Below are positions 49,501 through 59,379 of a stretch of DNA of 64,000 nucleotides, piece after piece; positions within the stretch are counted from its first letter, which is position 1, and every line of letters begins with the position of its first letter. The notes beneath the pieces are model-generated. The model was not told the DNA's origin. It did not search any database and saw nothing but the letters and a program-made list of their open reading frames with translations. Made by a program: the position numbers and the translations under genes. This DNA comes from Octopus vulgaris (lineage: Eukaryota), in NCBI GenBank assembly GCA_951406725.2, contig OX597838.1, forward strand, positions 1,240,001-1,304,000, read 5' to 3'.

Positions 49501-50252
49501 GGAAACATTAACCTGAGACCATCATTTACTGGTGGGACAAAGTTTAGGGACAGCGTGATAATTTCAAATAATCTTGGTATTATGTAGGGTTAAGATCATC
49601 ATTGTTATTTAACGTCTGTTTTCCCTGCTGGCATGAATTGGATGGTTTGACCAGAGCTGGCAAGTTGCAGAACTGCACCAGACTGCAGTCTGACTTGCTA
49701 TGGTTTCTACAGCTGGATGCCCTTCCTAACACCAACCACTTTACAGAATATGCTGGGTGTTTTTATGTGGTACTGCACAAGACTCTTGCAGGTAAATCAT
49801 CTTCACCAGAGGGAGCAGCCTTATTGCTTCTGCTGTGGGGTATGGGCCCTCTTGAGTACAGTGAGGTGTCAAGCATCTTGGTCCTTTAAGATATATTATA
49901 TAAGGTGATATGTGTGCACGCACACATGTTGTGGCAACATTGTGAATAGAGTTATATTGCGTAAGGTGATGTGTAGTGTTGCATTGTGGGAACACTAAGT
50001 GTGTGTGTGGTGTGGTATTGGAGATGTCTTTTGATTCTTAATTCTGTCATTATATGTGATGTTTTCTTTACTTTCCAGCATCATCTGACTCATCTAAATG
50101 ATTATGACCGTGTTATGGTATTAGATCAAGGTAGAATTGTGGAATTTGATAAAGCTTCTGAATTATTAATGAATGAAAACAGCATGTTAGCAGCATTGGT
50201 ACGAGAAAGCCAGCTGAAACGGCCCAACAAAGTAGTCATCACTATTTCTTGA
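1197..50252 (+). CDS. ABC transporter subfamily C, SUR (ABCC8/9)-like; 3' part of a multi-exon gene (NBD1-linker-TMD2-NBD2); 5' exons lie upstream of the window
   Basis: 22 AG/GT-bounded exons splice in frame to a stop at 50250-50252. Recognisable motifs: Walker [82 protein letters not shown]. The post-NBD1 DPDLYESW segment and acidic linker are SUR-like. Exact orthology was not tested. Confidence 0.93.
2671..2766 (+). CDS. ABCC exon, NBD1 Q-loop ([32 protein letters not shown])
   Basis: tttacag| acceptor, |gtaagt donor; phase 2-2. Confidence 0.92.
3124..3208 (+). CDS. ABCC exon ([28 protein letters not shown])
   Basis: ttgcag| ... CAG|gtaggt; matches the ABCC D-T-E-(I/V)-G segment. Confidence 0.92.
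4338..4418 (+). CDS. ABCC exon, NBD1 signature ([27 protein letters not shown])
   Basis: ttttcag| ... ATG|gtaagc; signature reads LTEGQ instead of LSGGQ. Confidence 0.92.
4837..4974 (+). CDS. ABCC exon, NBD1 Walker B end/D-loop/H-loop ([18 protein letters not shown]...TVILVSPQ...YQ)
   Basis: tcccag| ... CAG|gtcagt. Confidence 0.92.
5603..6025 (+). mobile_element. tRNA-headed SINE, family A, with internal (TA)n tract
   Basis: A/B-box-like head (GGCTGTGTGGTAAG...GGGTTCAGTCCC); homologous copies at 7142-7503(-), 14545-14673, 25628-27755(-, split), 57632-57770(-), 60560-60975, 62075-62345. Confidence 0.8.
6118..6227 (+). CDS. ABCC exon, end of NBD1 ([37 protein letters not shown])
   Basis: tctgcag| ... 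AA|gtaagt; ends in phase 2. Confidence 0.9.
7142..7503 (-). mobile_element. SINE family A copy
   Basis: reverse complement of the 5603-6025 element. Confidence 0.8.
7645..8500 (+). mobile_element. Tandem cluster of tRNA-headed SINE family B copies separated by (ATT)n
   Basis: repeated GAGCTGGCAGAAT-GTTAG...GAGTTCAAATTC...GACTTTGCCTTTCATCCTTT...AAATAAGTACCAG. Confidence 0.75.
8597..8617 (+). CDS. Candidate 21-nt micro-exon (RTNVVE), phase 2-2
   Basis: ttttatttccag|AAGAACTAATGTGGTTGAAAG|gtattt; frame-preserving and stop-free. Confidence 0.6.
10165..10188 (+). CDS. Candidate 24-nt micro-exon (RRSSLPE), phase 2-2
   Basis: ttttgttgccccag|GAGGAGATCAAGTCTTCCAGAAAG|gtattt; encodes an RRxS site. 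Confidence 0.65.
13029..13049 (+). CDS. Candidate 21-nt micro-exon ([R/K]RSSLAE), phase 2-2
   Basis: tttgatttcag|GAGATCCAGTTTGGCTGAGAG|gtatta; peptide resembles that of the 10165 micro-exon. Confidence 0.65.
13230..13860 (+). mobile_element. Three head-to-tail SINE family B copies
   Basis: same motifs start at ~13230, ~13453 and ~13660. Confidence 0.8.
14674..15458 (+). mobile_element. RTE-clade LINE fragment (RT C-terminal half plus PHD-like finger), truncated at both ends
   Basis: [22 protein letters not shown] motifs; closely related to the 25835 copy; abuts a SINE A 5' part. Confidence 0.92.
16626..16710 (+). CDS. ABCC linker exon ([28 protein letters not shown])
   Basis: ttccag| phase 2 ... 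CAG|gtatgt phase 0; bridges the phases of the flanking exons. Confidence 0.82.
17474..23660. repeat. 6.2 kb intronic satellite of 18/19-bp units (GTGTTAGTCCCTGTTTTG / GTGTTAGCCCCATGTGTTG)
   Basis: direct inspection; roughly 330 units estimated from length divided by unit size. Confidence 0.97.
24084..24171 (+). CDS. ABCC linker exon ([29 protein letters not shown])
   Basis: tttcag| phase 0 ... G|gtaagt phase 1. Confidence 0.82.
24855..25135 (+). mobile_element. SINE family C (tRNA B-box head plus TTGAGCAAGACACTT core)
   Basis: GAGTTCAATTCC box; related heads at 9370-9590 and 44815-45030. Confidence 0.6.
25835..27555 (+). mobile_element. 5'-truncated RTE-clade LINE with 3' UTR and (GAT)n tail, frameshifted
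   Basis: [53 protein letters not shown]; ends GGACGTTAAACGATGATGATGAT. Confidence 0.95.
28480..29390 (-). mobile_element. Degraded Chapaev3-like (CMC) DNA transposase remnant
   Basis: minus-strand fragments read [41 protein letters not shown] and MMVDYCWNL; family label is from recalled motif similarity. Confidence 0.65.
31177..31620. mobile_element. hAT (Charlie-type) non-autonomous element
   Basis: TIRs CAGGGGTTTCCAAC / GTTGGGAATCCCTG; 8-bp flanks ATCTAGAT / ATGTAGAT. Confidence 0.8.
31350..31532. mobile_element. Hairpin MITE with ~80-bp TIRs (GG...CC ends, 8-bp TSD; Merlin-like), nested in the hAT element
   Basis: GGATCTTTACC...GGTAAAGATCC; perfect TSD CAAAAATT at 31342-31349 and 31533-31540. 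Confidence 0.85.
32445..32808 (-). mobile_element. Helentron-associated non-autonomous element (HINE/DINE-1-like)
   Basis: minus strand begins TTATTACCTCCGCC with a short hairpin, has a (GTTT)n tract, and ends GGCAGAGGTTTGCGCTCTAAGTGCTCTTGTT (subterminal IR plus hairpin). Confidence 0.7.
33164..33411 (+). CDS. ABCC exon, acidic linker end and first TMD2 helix (EDNEEEESP...GSIS...SDLWLANW...)
   Basis: gatag| phase 1 ... AAG|gtaggt; DxWLxxW motif of ABCC TMD2. Confidence 0.88.
33632..33827. mobile_element. piggyBac-like MITE
   Basis: TTAA|CCCTTTTG...CAAAAGGG|TTAA. Confidence 0.7.
34862..35028 (+). CDS. ABCC TMD2 exon ([13 protein letters not shown]...[10 protein letters not shown]...)
   Basis: ttgcag| ... 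AT|gtaagt. Confidence 0.9.
35452..35521 (+). CDS. ABCC TMD2 exon ([23 protein letters not shown])
   Basis: tttcag| ... CAG|gtaagt; diverged FFDTTPxGRILNRFSxD motif. Confidence 0.9.
36161..36246. repeat. Near-perfect 86-bp palindrome
   Basis: centred on CATGCTAGCATG; 3 non-Watson-Crick positions. Confidence 0.9.
37290..37447 (+). CDS. ABCC TMD2 exon ([12 protein letters not shown]...FKFYRPSIR)
   Basis: tttcag| ... AG|gttagt; hydrophobic helices. Confidence 0.9.
37990..38285. mobile_element. Inverted repeat (~110-130 bp arms) carrying a minimal hammerhead motif; Penelope-like pseudo-LTR remnant
   Basis: arms ~37990-38120 and ~38160-38285; minus strand GTCTGATGA-N12-GAAACAGCTGTAAGAC at 38007-38043. 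Confidence 0.65.
39322..39414 (+). CDS. ABCC TMD2 exon ([31 protein letters not shown])
   Basis: tttatag| ... AG|gtatat; HFSExxxGLxTIRA motif. Confidence 0.92.
39767..39869 (+). CDS. ABCC TMD2 exon (VQYWFTG...NRWLAIRL)
   Basis: tttcag| ... TTG|gtaagt. Confidence 0.92.
40432..40648. mobile_element. Mariner-type MITE remnant
   Basis: imperfect TIRs ACAAGGG..AAAGTTCCTGGCTTT / AAAACCAGGAAC..CCCTTTGT. Confidence 0.5.
41377..41490 (+). CDS. ABCC TMD2 exon ([18 protein letters not shown]...[11 protein letters not shown])
   Basis: ttgcag| ... ATG|gtaagt. Confidence 0.9.
42161..42278 (+). CDS. ABCC exon ([28 protein letters not shown]...)
   Basis: tttcag| ... G|gtgtgt; matches the ABCC E..SVER..EY motif. 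Confidence 0.9.
44358..44488 (+). CDS. ABCC NBD2 start exon ([23 protein letters not shown]...AEK)
   Basis: ttacag| ... AAG|gtaaca; WP..G.I.F motif. Confidence 0.92.
45297..45484 (+). CDS. ABCC NBD2 Walker A/Q-loop exon ([13 protein letters not shown]...[20 protein letters not shown])
   Basis: ttcaag| ... AG|gtgagt; Walker A K>R, Q-loop Q>H. Confidence 0.92.
46087..46190 (+). CDS. ABCC NBD2 exon ([34 protein letters not shown])
   Basis: tttcag| ... G|gtatgt. Confidence 0.92.
48115..48164 (+). CDS. ABCC NBD2 signature exon ([16 protein letters not shown])
   Basis: ccacag| ... CAG|gtgaga. Confidence 0.9.
48359..48505 (+). CDS. ABCC NBD2 Walker B exon ([25 protein letters not shown]...TVLVTL)
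   Basis: tttacag| ... TTG|gtgagt; DE replaced by EQ. Confidence 0.92.
48850..48950. repeat. 20-bp tandem repeat, about 5 copies (AACCCCTTACTGGTGAGTCC)
   Basis: direct inspection. Confidence 0.85.
50079..50252 (+). CDS. ABCC terminal coding exon ([24 protein letters not shown]...VITIS*)
   Basis: ttccag| acceptor; TGA at 50250-50252. Confidence 0.92.
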   Translation, partial: HHLTHLNDYDRVMVLDQGRIVEFDKASELLMNENSMLAALVRESQLKRPNKVVITIS

Positions 50253-50786
50253 ACCATTCACATCATAATCACTGGTTAACATTCATCTTTATAATACAGA
50301 TGTGCTCAGAAGATTCTGGTTACAACCATCTGCATATCATTCAGATAATGAATCTAAAACTTATTTTCAAAACACTATTAAAGATTTTAAACAATCCAGA
50401 TTTAGATTCATTAGATTATATTGTATATGTAGGTGTTTTTTTTTTTATGTGAATTTGAATGTATATACATACATTATACACACACACACGCACACAGACA
50501 TTATTTAACATTATAAATGTAAGATTGTATATTTCTGCATATAGGTGTATATATGTTTTTATATGGAAAGTATATGTATGCACACACACACACATAACAA
50601 GCACATGCACACACACACACATACATACATACACAAATCAATACCAAATTTACACAGACATATTAATTGAAATTTTGCTATTTTCATCACCGTCATCAAT
50701 GTCTACACTTTTGTAAATTTGAATCCGACAGAAACCCAAGTATTGGACTTTGATGTCTTTTTGTTTTTTAAAAAGTAGAATGTAAA

Positions 50787-50816
50787 AATAAAAAAATAAA
50801 ACTATCAGCTAATAAA
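50787..50816 (+). terminator. Cluster of three AATAAA polyadenylation signals, likely end of the ABCC 3' UTR
   Basis: AATAAA at 50787, 50795 and 50811, ~540 nt after the stop. Confidence 0.5.
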
Positions 50817-51894
50817 CTGCCATTTCTCTACTCAGCTGATTGATTCTACAATATTTTTTGTACAAGAAACACAAGTTATTTTTCATACAGACAAAAATTT
50901 CTTTCCAAAACATCTTAAATGCTAATCTAGGACCTATAATCAATTAAAACATATTCTTTTTCTATCCTACAATGGTGTTAACACTAACAAATATATTTGT
51001 ATAACTGTTTGTTGTTCCTTTATTTTAGCAACATAAGACTTTGTACAGGAGATGTTTTGTATTTTGGAATCTGGAAGAGCTCACCCAAGAAAAAATAAAA
51101 TTTTGAAATAAACACACACACACACTTAAAAAAATATATACGTGTAGGTATATATATATATACATACATACATGCACACACACACTCATTTATCAGCGTT
51201 TTATGTCCAGTTTTCCATGCTGGCATGGATTGGACAATTTCTGTGTGGAAGTGTTTTTCAGCTGGATGCCTCTCCTGTCACCAACCATTTTAGTTGCCTC
51301 TTACAACATGCAGGGATGCAGTGAGCCTCTTCCAAAACCAGGACACACAGACACACACATATGTGCTTAAATAAAAATTTGTTGATGTTGTTTTCTAATA
51401 GAATTTGATGATTTTAATATTAGTTTCTTTTGATGACTAAATACAATTTAGATTTAATTGAAGAAGAAACGACCAGTTGTGACACTCAAATCTTTTTCAA
51501 TACCATTAATATCCAAAGAGTAACATTACATCTTGGTCCTCATAAGTCAATGAGTAATATTGCAATTATTAGTACTTTGTTGTTGTTGCTGCTTAGCCGT
51601 AGGCCATCCCCTGATCAAGCAGGCTTATAATCATGCTGTTCCAACCATAACTATCCCTCCTACATTTTTTTCAGGCACAGTATATCTCAAATAACAACAA
51701 CTGAAAATGAAAATTAATCAGTAAACATCTTTAATATATTGGACAACCATCCACCTTCTATTATAACAACAACAAATCTAATCTCTAACCTGCTGCTTAC
51801 CTTTCTCATACTTATCAACATCACGTAATATGCAAAATCACTTTTGAGGGTGGGGATTGGCTTCATCACCTTGACTCAGTGACAAAAAGACAAT

Positions 51895-52470
51895 CCATGT
51901 AGTGGATTCGTCACTTGCTACAAAGTAGGCCAAGGTCATTTCATCTGCAGGGGTGGTGATGGCCTCAATTTTTTGGGATGCAAAAATCACTGTGTTTATT
52001 GACTATCTACAAAAGGGACACACCATCAATGGAGAGACGATGCCAAGTTGCTGAGGCAGTTACGAAAGGCTATAAAGACCAAGCATCCAAGAAAACTGAC
52101 GAAAGGGGTCTTGTTTCACCGGGACAATGCTCCAGCACACAAGTCCTTTGTTTCAATGGCTGCTGTGCATGACTGTGGCTTTGAACTGGTTCATCACTGT
52201 CCCTATTCTCCTGATTTGGGTCCCATCTGACTATCATCTGTTGGTTGGGAAGCAATATTGTAGTGATGATCAAGTCATATCTGCTGTTAGTGACTTTTTT
52301 TTTAGCAACAGGATGAAAGCTTCTTTATCAATGGGATCCAATCACTGCAACATCGATGGAAGAAGTGTGTGGGCCACAAGAGGGACCATGTTGAAAATTT
52401 AACCTCATTCAGTCACGTTTTATGAGAATACTTTGATCAGCCTATGAACTTTTTAGCCAACCCTGGTACC
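51895..52470 (+). mobile_element. Decayed mariner transposase (catalytic-domain fragment)
   Basis: VMASIFWD, IDYLQKG.TING, VLFHRDNAPAHKS and PYSPDL motifs, with frameshifts and stops. Confidence 0.88.
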
Positions 52471-53096
52471 ATGTTCTCTGATCCTTTATTAAATGTCAGC
52501 CAATTTTACAGAATCGTCTTCAATGTAACCAAGTCTGTCTTATGGAGTGCCACTTGCTTTACATTTAACTCCATAATTTGCTCTCTCAATCAAAACCTCT
52601 TCAAAAAGTTTCTTCACATGCCACAATATCCAAGTGCAGGGATATCTCTGGTTGTTTCAGACCAATAAGAGAATTTGGTCTTCACATACTCCCTTCCAAT
52701 TACTTTAATCTTGTTTTCTCTCTAAAGGGATCTGTCATTATTTTGTAATCTTGCTACAGTGTGTCCTCTCTAATCCTCTCTGCTAGTCTATCTTCCTATT
52801 AAGGAAAGACTTAATATGGTCTTCAATGAAATTAAATCTACTAAGGACCAGCTTTTCCCATGCTCTAGGTTACACCAATAGTTTCTAGTTAAGCTTTATT
52901 TCAAATCATACCACCACAGCATGTAATGAAACGTCTCTGACCCACATTCTATCTACCCTGATCTACTTCTAGTTTCAGGTTGGAGACCCAATTCCTTACA
53001 TTATTAACATATTTCCTGTCAGCTTCTATAGATATTATCCTTCTTTCCTCCTCTTTAACTCTCCAAAGAATTTCTATAGAATAAAGTAAGAAATTA

Positions 53097-54260
53097 TTAG
53101 GTTGTTCCAAAAACAATGATCAATTTTAGAAACAATTTTATTCTGGAAAAATTAACAGTAGAAATGTTTTAATTAGTCAAAGTATGAGCCATGAACATCT
53201 ATGCTTCCCTGCCATCAATCAACAAGATTATTTATGTCTCGTTGATAAAAACTTATTGGATTTGATGCTAAGAAAACTCTGAAAGCTGAGCCCACTTCTG
53301 GTCTGGACCTGAAAGTTTTATCACTTAAAAACATGTTTAGATACTTAAAAAATGGTAGTCAGTGAGTGAACAGTCAGGAGAATATGGAGGATGTAGTAAA
53401 ATCTCGTATCCCAAGTCTGTGAGTTTCTGCAGCGTCATTCTTGCAACATGTGGCTTTGCATTAGCATGGAGCAGGATTGGGTCATGCCGATTCACCAATG
53501 CAGGTCTCATTATTTGCAAGTGAGCATGCATTTCAGCGGGTTGATTGCAGTAAACCTCTGCTGTAATGCTCTGATTGACTTCCAGAAACGTTGTAATGGA
53601 CAACACCAATTTCAGACCACCAGACAGTCACCGTAATCTTTTCCTGAGGCAACTTTGGCTTTGGGAAATATTTGGGGGCACTCATCATGATCAAGCCACT
53701 GACCTGATCATTTACGGTTATCATAAAAAATCCACTTTTCGTCAAGAAAAGTATCATTGGTGTTTTGTAGAAAGAGCATACTTCAAAATGCCAAACTTTT
53801 TGATTTTCATTGAGCTTTTCCACCTTACAAATCTTCTGCAGATTGCATGAGACTGTTGCAATACCAATACCAAGTACCTGAGACATTTCTCAGACACTTT
53901 GACTTGGATTTTGTTCAACAATTGCTTTTAATTGTTCATTGTTAAGACTGCATGACCGACCTCTACCTTCTTCATCTTCAAGGCTCTCATCACCACTACA
54001 GAATTTCTGAAACCACCTTCACACTGTGCAATCACTTGTGGACCCCTCTCCCTATGCTCTGTTGATATTGGCAGCAGTTTGGGAGGCATTAGAACCAAGC
54101 TTGAACTCGTGCAAGAAAAATAAACGGTCTTTTTTTGTCATGTGTATAATTAAGGGTGCCTATGCTTCAGGGATATTTTCTGTCTGAAATAAGTAGAAAA
54201 TTATTAAAGAGCATACATCAATTACCAAGTATGTTGAAATTCACCTAAAATATAATTAAA
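53097..54260 (-). mobile_element. Second decayed mariner element of a different subfamily
   Basis: PKPKLPQEKITVTVWW, ILLHANAKPHVAR, LLHPPYSPD.S.TDYHF; frameshifted. Confidence 0.88.
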
Positions 54261-54261
54261 A

Positions 54262-54658
54262 TCTCTCTATATATAAAGCTGAAGTTGTCTGTGTATGGCA
54301 GGTTTGGTAGCCTTCAACTAACACTATCTCCTCCTCCGAGACCCTGCGGCGCAAGTTGACCAAAATTGAGAGTATGATAGAAGAAGGCTTGCTCTTCCTT
54401 CCGTAGAAGAAAAATTCAAATCGGACCATGTTAACACCAAAAATTATTTACATCAAAAAGGTGCTTTTTTTTCTATGAAAATCCCAATTTTTTACGATTT
54501 TTTGAGACTGCTGTGTCGCCATTTTTCGGTGTATTTCAACCAGAAAAATGTTCACTTAAAGAGAATAACAAGCTACATAATGCAAAGTTTTTACTTATCA
54601 AAAATTCCAATTCTAAAGGGTCAAAACAAACCCGAGCAACGCCGGGCGATACTTCTAG
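54262..54658 (+). mobile_element. Non-autonomous Helitron
   Basis: A|TC 5' end, subterminal hairpin CCCGAGCAACGCCGGG (54631-54646), CTAG|T 3' end, no TSD. Confidence 0.8.
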
Positions 54659-55439
54659 TTCTTAGGATGAAATTGTGTTTGAAAACACAACACTTCGAGC
54701 GGCCATTATTTTCGGCTAAGCGCTAAAAGCCATTGTTTCTTTAAATCTGTTTTTAGCTTCATAGATTAGGATTCTGCAAAATAATTCTTTCGACTGTAGG
54801 CACACGGTTTGAAATTTTAAGGGAGGAGGGGCTAGTCGATTACATCGACCCAGTGTATCACTGGCACTTATTTTATCGTTCCCAAAAGGATGAAAGGCAA
54901 AGTCGATCTCGGCGGAATTTGAACTCAGAACGTAAAGACGGACGAAATGCCACGAAGCATTTTCGTCTGGTGTGCTAACGATTCTAATAACAAATATAAT
55001 GGTTTCAGATTTTGGCAGAGGACCAGCAGTATTTTGAAGGGAGGGACAAGTCGATTATATCGACCTTCAGCACTTGACTGGTTTTTACTTTTTGATAATT
55101 ACGATAACGACGTCTCATATCAGACTTTCACTTGTTGCATTAGCCATTTCTCACAAGAACCACTCGGCACATCTGATATTCCCTTTTGTTAACCGGTTCG
55201 CCTGTCTATTTGTCTCTCTCTACTTTCTCACTCTCTGTCTCCATCAATCAATCGATTTGTAAGTAAAGGGATACATAGGTCGATAAATAAATGTATAGAA
55301 GTAGATATAGAGGAAAAGAGAGGACTTGATAGACACAAAATGCTGGATGGACAAACAGACAAATAGAAGAGCAGACTAAAATGTGTATCTTTGTTCGTTT
55401 TGGAGCTTTTATATCTTGAAATGAGATGAAAGTAAAAAT

Positions 55440-57460
55440 CTTAAAGAAATTACAAAACAATATTTTAAAATTAAATTTGTTTTTTTACACTATGATCGAT
55501 ATATATAAGTAATTTCATTCATATAATGATACGATATAAGAAGTTATTTTGTAACTTTGATAGTTTTGTTTGAAAAATAATTTTTTCAGTCACTTTTTGA
55601 AGTAAATTTTTAAGGAAAGAAGAAGAGAAGACGAAACTTGCTAAATCATTTAAAATGTCAACAAATATCAAAGAGAAATTAATGTAATATTGTAGAATAT
55701 TTTTCAATGAATTTAATAAATTAGTTTACCTTGAAAGCCGAGTTTAGAATTAAAAATTGGCAGCAGAAATTCAACGAAACTGGAAGAACAGATTCAGCGG
55801 TCGTCTGCCTCTTGGGAAAGAAGGGGCAAAGTTCGGCTGTTTCCGGATAATTTCGGTTCAACCACTGTGTGTATGTGTGAGTGAGTATGTACGTGTGTGT
55901 ATTTATATGTATGTATGTGTGAGTATGTATGTGTGAGTATGTATGTATGTGTGAGTGTGTATGTGTGTATATTTATGTATGTGTGTGTGAGTGTGTATGT
56001 GAGCGATGGCGCTGAGACGTAGAAGGGAAACAAAATGGAAGATAGATAGATAGAAAGGGAGAGACACTGTAATAAGGAAGCATTGCTAACAGATATGGAA
56101 AAGTGTCCCTGTGCACACAAGAAGCTATATGTGTGTGTGGGAAAGGAAAACCTGACCACTAACAGTTTTTATATATTCACTGTTCTCAGATTTTCTGATT
56201 TCACTCTTGATTTCTTTCATAGGTTTAACATGAAAAGTCGTCGTCTAATATTTTGACTTCAGTCATTTTGTAGATACTTTATTTTCACCATTTTTTGTCC
56301 GGGCCTAAAAGGGGGAAGGTTGTATTTGGTGAATGGGCATCGGCTCTGGGACAGGAGTGTCAAAAAAAGAGCCGTAAGTATTTGGAGGTCCCTTCTCTGA
56401 AACCCCACAACCCTTTGAATTTTGAGAGGATTTCATTTATTTAGTTGTGTCTGGGGAGAGTCATTTTCTTTTTGTGCCTTATATTTATTTACAATGGACG
56501 GATAGGTAGCCTCGTCGTGCTCGTACACATAGACACAGTTACATACGCACTGAATTAAACATACAATGGTTAAATCAAAACTTTCCAGAAACAACCGGAC
56601 CTTTCCCGGTTTTCACTTTCGAAACAAATAATATCCTTCTCAGGAGACAGACGGCCATTGGCTCGGTTCTTTTCTTACCATCTCATTTCCTCCTACTTTG
56701 TTTCATACGTCTCTGTGGCTCCATGACACACACGCGCGCACACACACACACTCTCTCTGTCACACACGCACGCACGCGCTCACACATATAGGCACGCGCG
56801 CACACTCTTTCACACGTACGCACGCGCTCACACATACACGCACGCGCGCACACATTTACTCTCTCTCACACGCACATGCATGTACGCACGCGCTCACACA
56901 TACACGCACGCGCGCGCACACACACGCACACGCACACACACTCACGCACACACACTCACACGCGCACACACTGGTTGAACCGAAACTATCCGGAATGAGC
57001 CGGTCTTTTCCTTCTGAGCAGACGATAACTTTTGCAAGCAGCAGACGACCATTGAATCGCTTCCTCCAGTTTCGCTCAGCTTCAGTCGTATCTCACACAA
57101 TTCTCCTTCTAAACTCGGCTTTCAAGGTAAACTAATTTATTAAATTTATCGAAAAATATTCTACTATATTACATTAATTGATCTTTGATGTTTGTTGACA
57201 TTTTAAATGAGTTTAGAACGTTTGCTTTGATGTTCTTTCCTTAAAAGAATTTATTTAGTGATGAAGCAAAAAGAAAAAGAGAAAAAATTCGTGAGAAACG
57301 ATTGAAAAATCTAATTTTTGATTTACAAAAATGTCAATAATATATTTTCTGACTTTTTATATCGTAAAAATACTTTCTATGAACGAAATTACTGATATGA
57401 TTATCATGTTATTAAAGATACAGATTTAGTTTAAAATATTATATCGTAATTTCTTCCTTG
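55440..57460. repeat. Diverged inverted duplication (arms ~55440-55870 and ~56970-57460) with a third partial copy at ~56567-56680
   Basis: identical 40-mer at 55710-55749(-) and 57107-57146(+); homology continues on both sides. Confidence 0.9.
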
Positions 57461-57769
57461 GGGTAATTTTTTCAAATATAAATCTGTAAAAAATCAACAA
57501 TTTTGTTTGCTAAACACACACAAACATACGTATACTTACATTCCTGTACATATACGACATACATATATACATACACGCATACGTATGTATATATGTATGT
57601 ATATGTCTGTCAATTTATAATGGTGATATATTCTTTTACTTGTTTCAGTCATTTGACTGGCCATGCTGGAGCAGCGCCTTTAGTCGAATAAATCGACCTC
57701 AGAACTTACTCTTTGTAAGCCTAGTACTTATTCTATCGGTCTCTTTTGCCGAGCCGCTAAGTTACGGGG

Positions 57770-57930
57770 ACCAGAGACACTGGTCAAGCCTATCAAAGGC
57801 ATCACCAGATTTGCTTATTCTATATGGAATTTCATTATCAAGACCAGAAGTACTCATAGTACTTCCTAGATACAAGAATTTGGTGACAATTTCTAACCTT
57901 TGTCCATATACAACTACAGAAGGTTCCACA
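57770..57930 (-). mobile_element. LINE (RTE-like) C-terminal fragment, followed by a (CATA)n microsatellite to ~58280
   Basis: GQRLEIVTKFLYLGST...EIPYRISKS..AF.RL...LW. Confidence 0.7.
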
Positions 57931-59379
57931 TAAAGCATGCATACATACATACATACATACATACATACATACATACATACATACATACATACATACATCA
58001 TACATACATACATATATACATACATACATACACATACATACATACACACATACATACATACATACATACATACATACACACATACATACACACACATACG
58101 TACATACATACACACACATACATGCGTACATACACACACATACATACATGTATACATACATACTACATAAACACACACATACGCACAAACGCACATACGT
58201 ACACACAAACATGCATACACGCATACACACAAACACAGGCACATACATACACGCATACTCACATGCATACATAAGTACATGCTTATCGACTGACAGACAG
58301 ACAGTCATGGATGTTTAGTGGAAGGTTTTGGCTACCATTTCTGTCCTGTCTGTCCACCACGTTGAAGCCTTTATTGTTTCATGCGTAAGACAGTAGTGTT
58401 TTCCGAGATAGATTTAACTGCTATTTCTGGCATGTCACGGCTTCCCTCGTTGGCCGTTTCATTGCCAGATTATTTAGAAACCCTTGTAGCCTTCCCGTTT
58501 TAGGGTTCCACGTCTCTCATTTCTTTCAACCCCACCCCACCCCCGCGTTATTTACCATTCTGTGTAAATATCCAAGAATTGACATTCTGATGTGACTAAA
58601 AGTCAGACAGAAATGAAATATCTAAGCTCTAACAGTTACAAGAATTATTTTGATTTATTTTTCACAGAAAAGTTTGACTACTCGGGCAAATGTTACATTT
58701 TTCTTTCCTGGAATTTATGTTGAATATTTTGAAGCGAATCCAAAAAATGTGAAGTACGTGACATCATACAAAATGACTTTTTCCATCTGAAATTATTTGC
58801 TGTTAATTTCTCTGAATTTTTCCAGGTTGCATAAAAAGCCTCGTGGCATTTATTTAGATTGACCTTGAAATTTCCAAATATGTCAAAGACTCTGTGGGAA
58901 TTTTCGAGAAATAGTTGCCTCCACCCCTCAAAATGTCACGAATATCAGTATGTATGCGTCCTATCACATCCGTTTTTATTTTCACATTAAATTCCGATAT
59001 TATCATAGTCTACACACGCTGAAAGGTATTTGGCGAAATTTTCATTAAAAATTTCTCGTTCTCCTGAAAGTTATGAGGAAACAAAACTGACCCATGTGAA
59101 TATTCTGCCCATTCCTCTCCTCCAAATTTTTAGTGCACAACAGGATTTCCAAAGACCTCACAACCATAAATATTATCAACCGATTCATGGAAGTCACTCA
59201 GAAACATTCTCCTTTATACTTTTTTCCTCTCTTTTTCCTAACAGTCTCTTACGGCCACTTAATGGCCGGCCTTTAGGTGGCCAGTGTCAGACATCGAAGC
59301 AGTGGTGATGAACCGAGAAGTGTGGCGGGTAGACTTTCTTGCTACGGCCCAGGTGGGAATCCAACCATAATAATAATAA

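Noticed and set aside
57107-57330. Spliced-leader RNA gene (AG|GTAAAC resembles a nematode SL donor)
   Set aside because: No Sm-type site is shared by both arms near the donor, and there is no tandem array. Kept only as an alternative to test.
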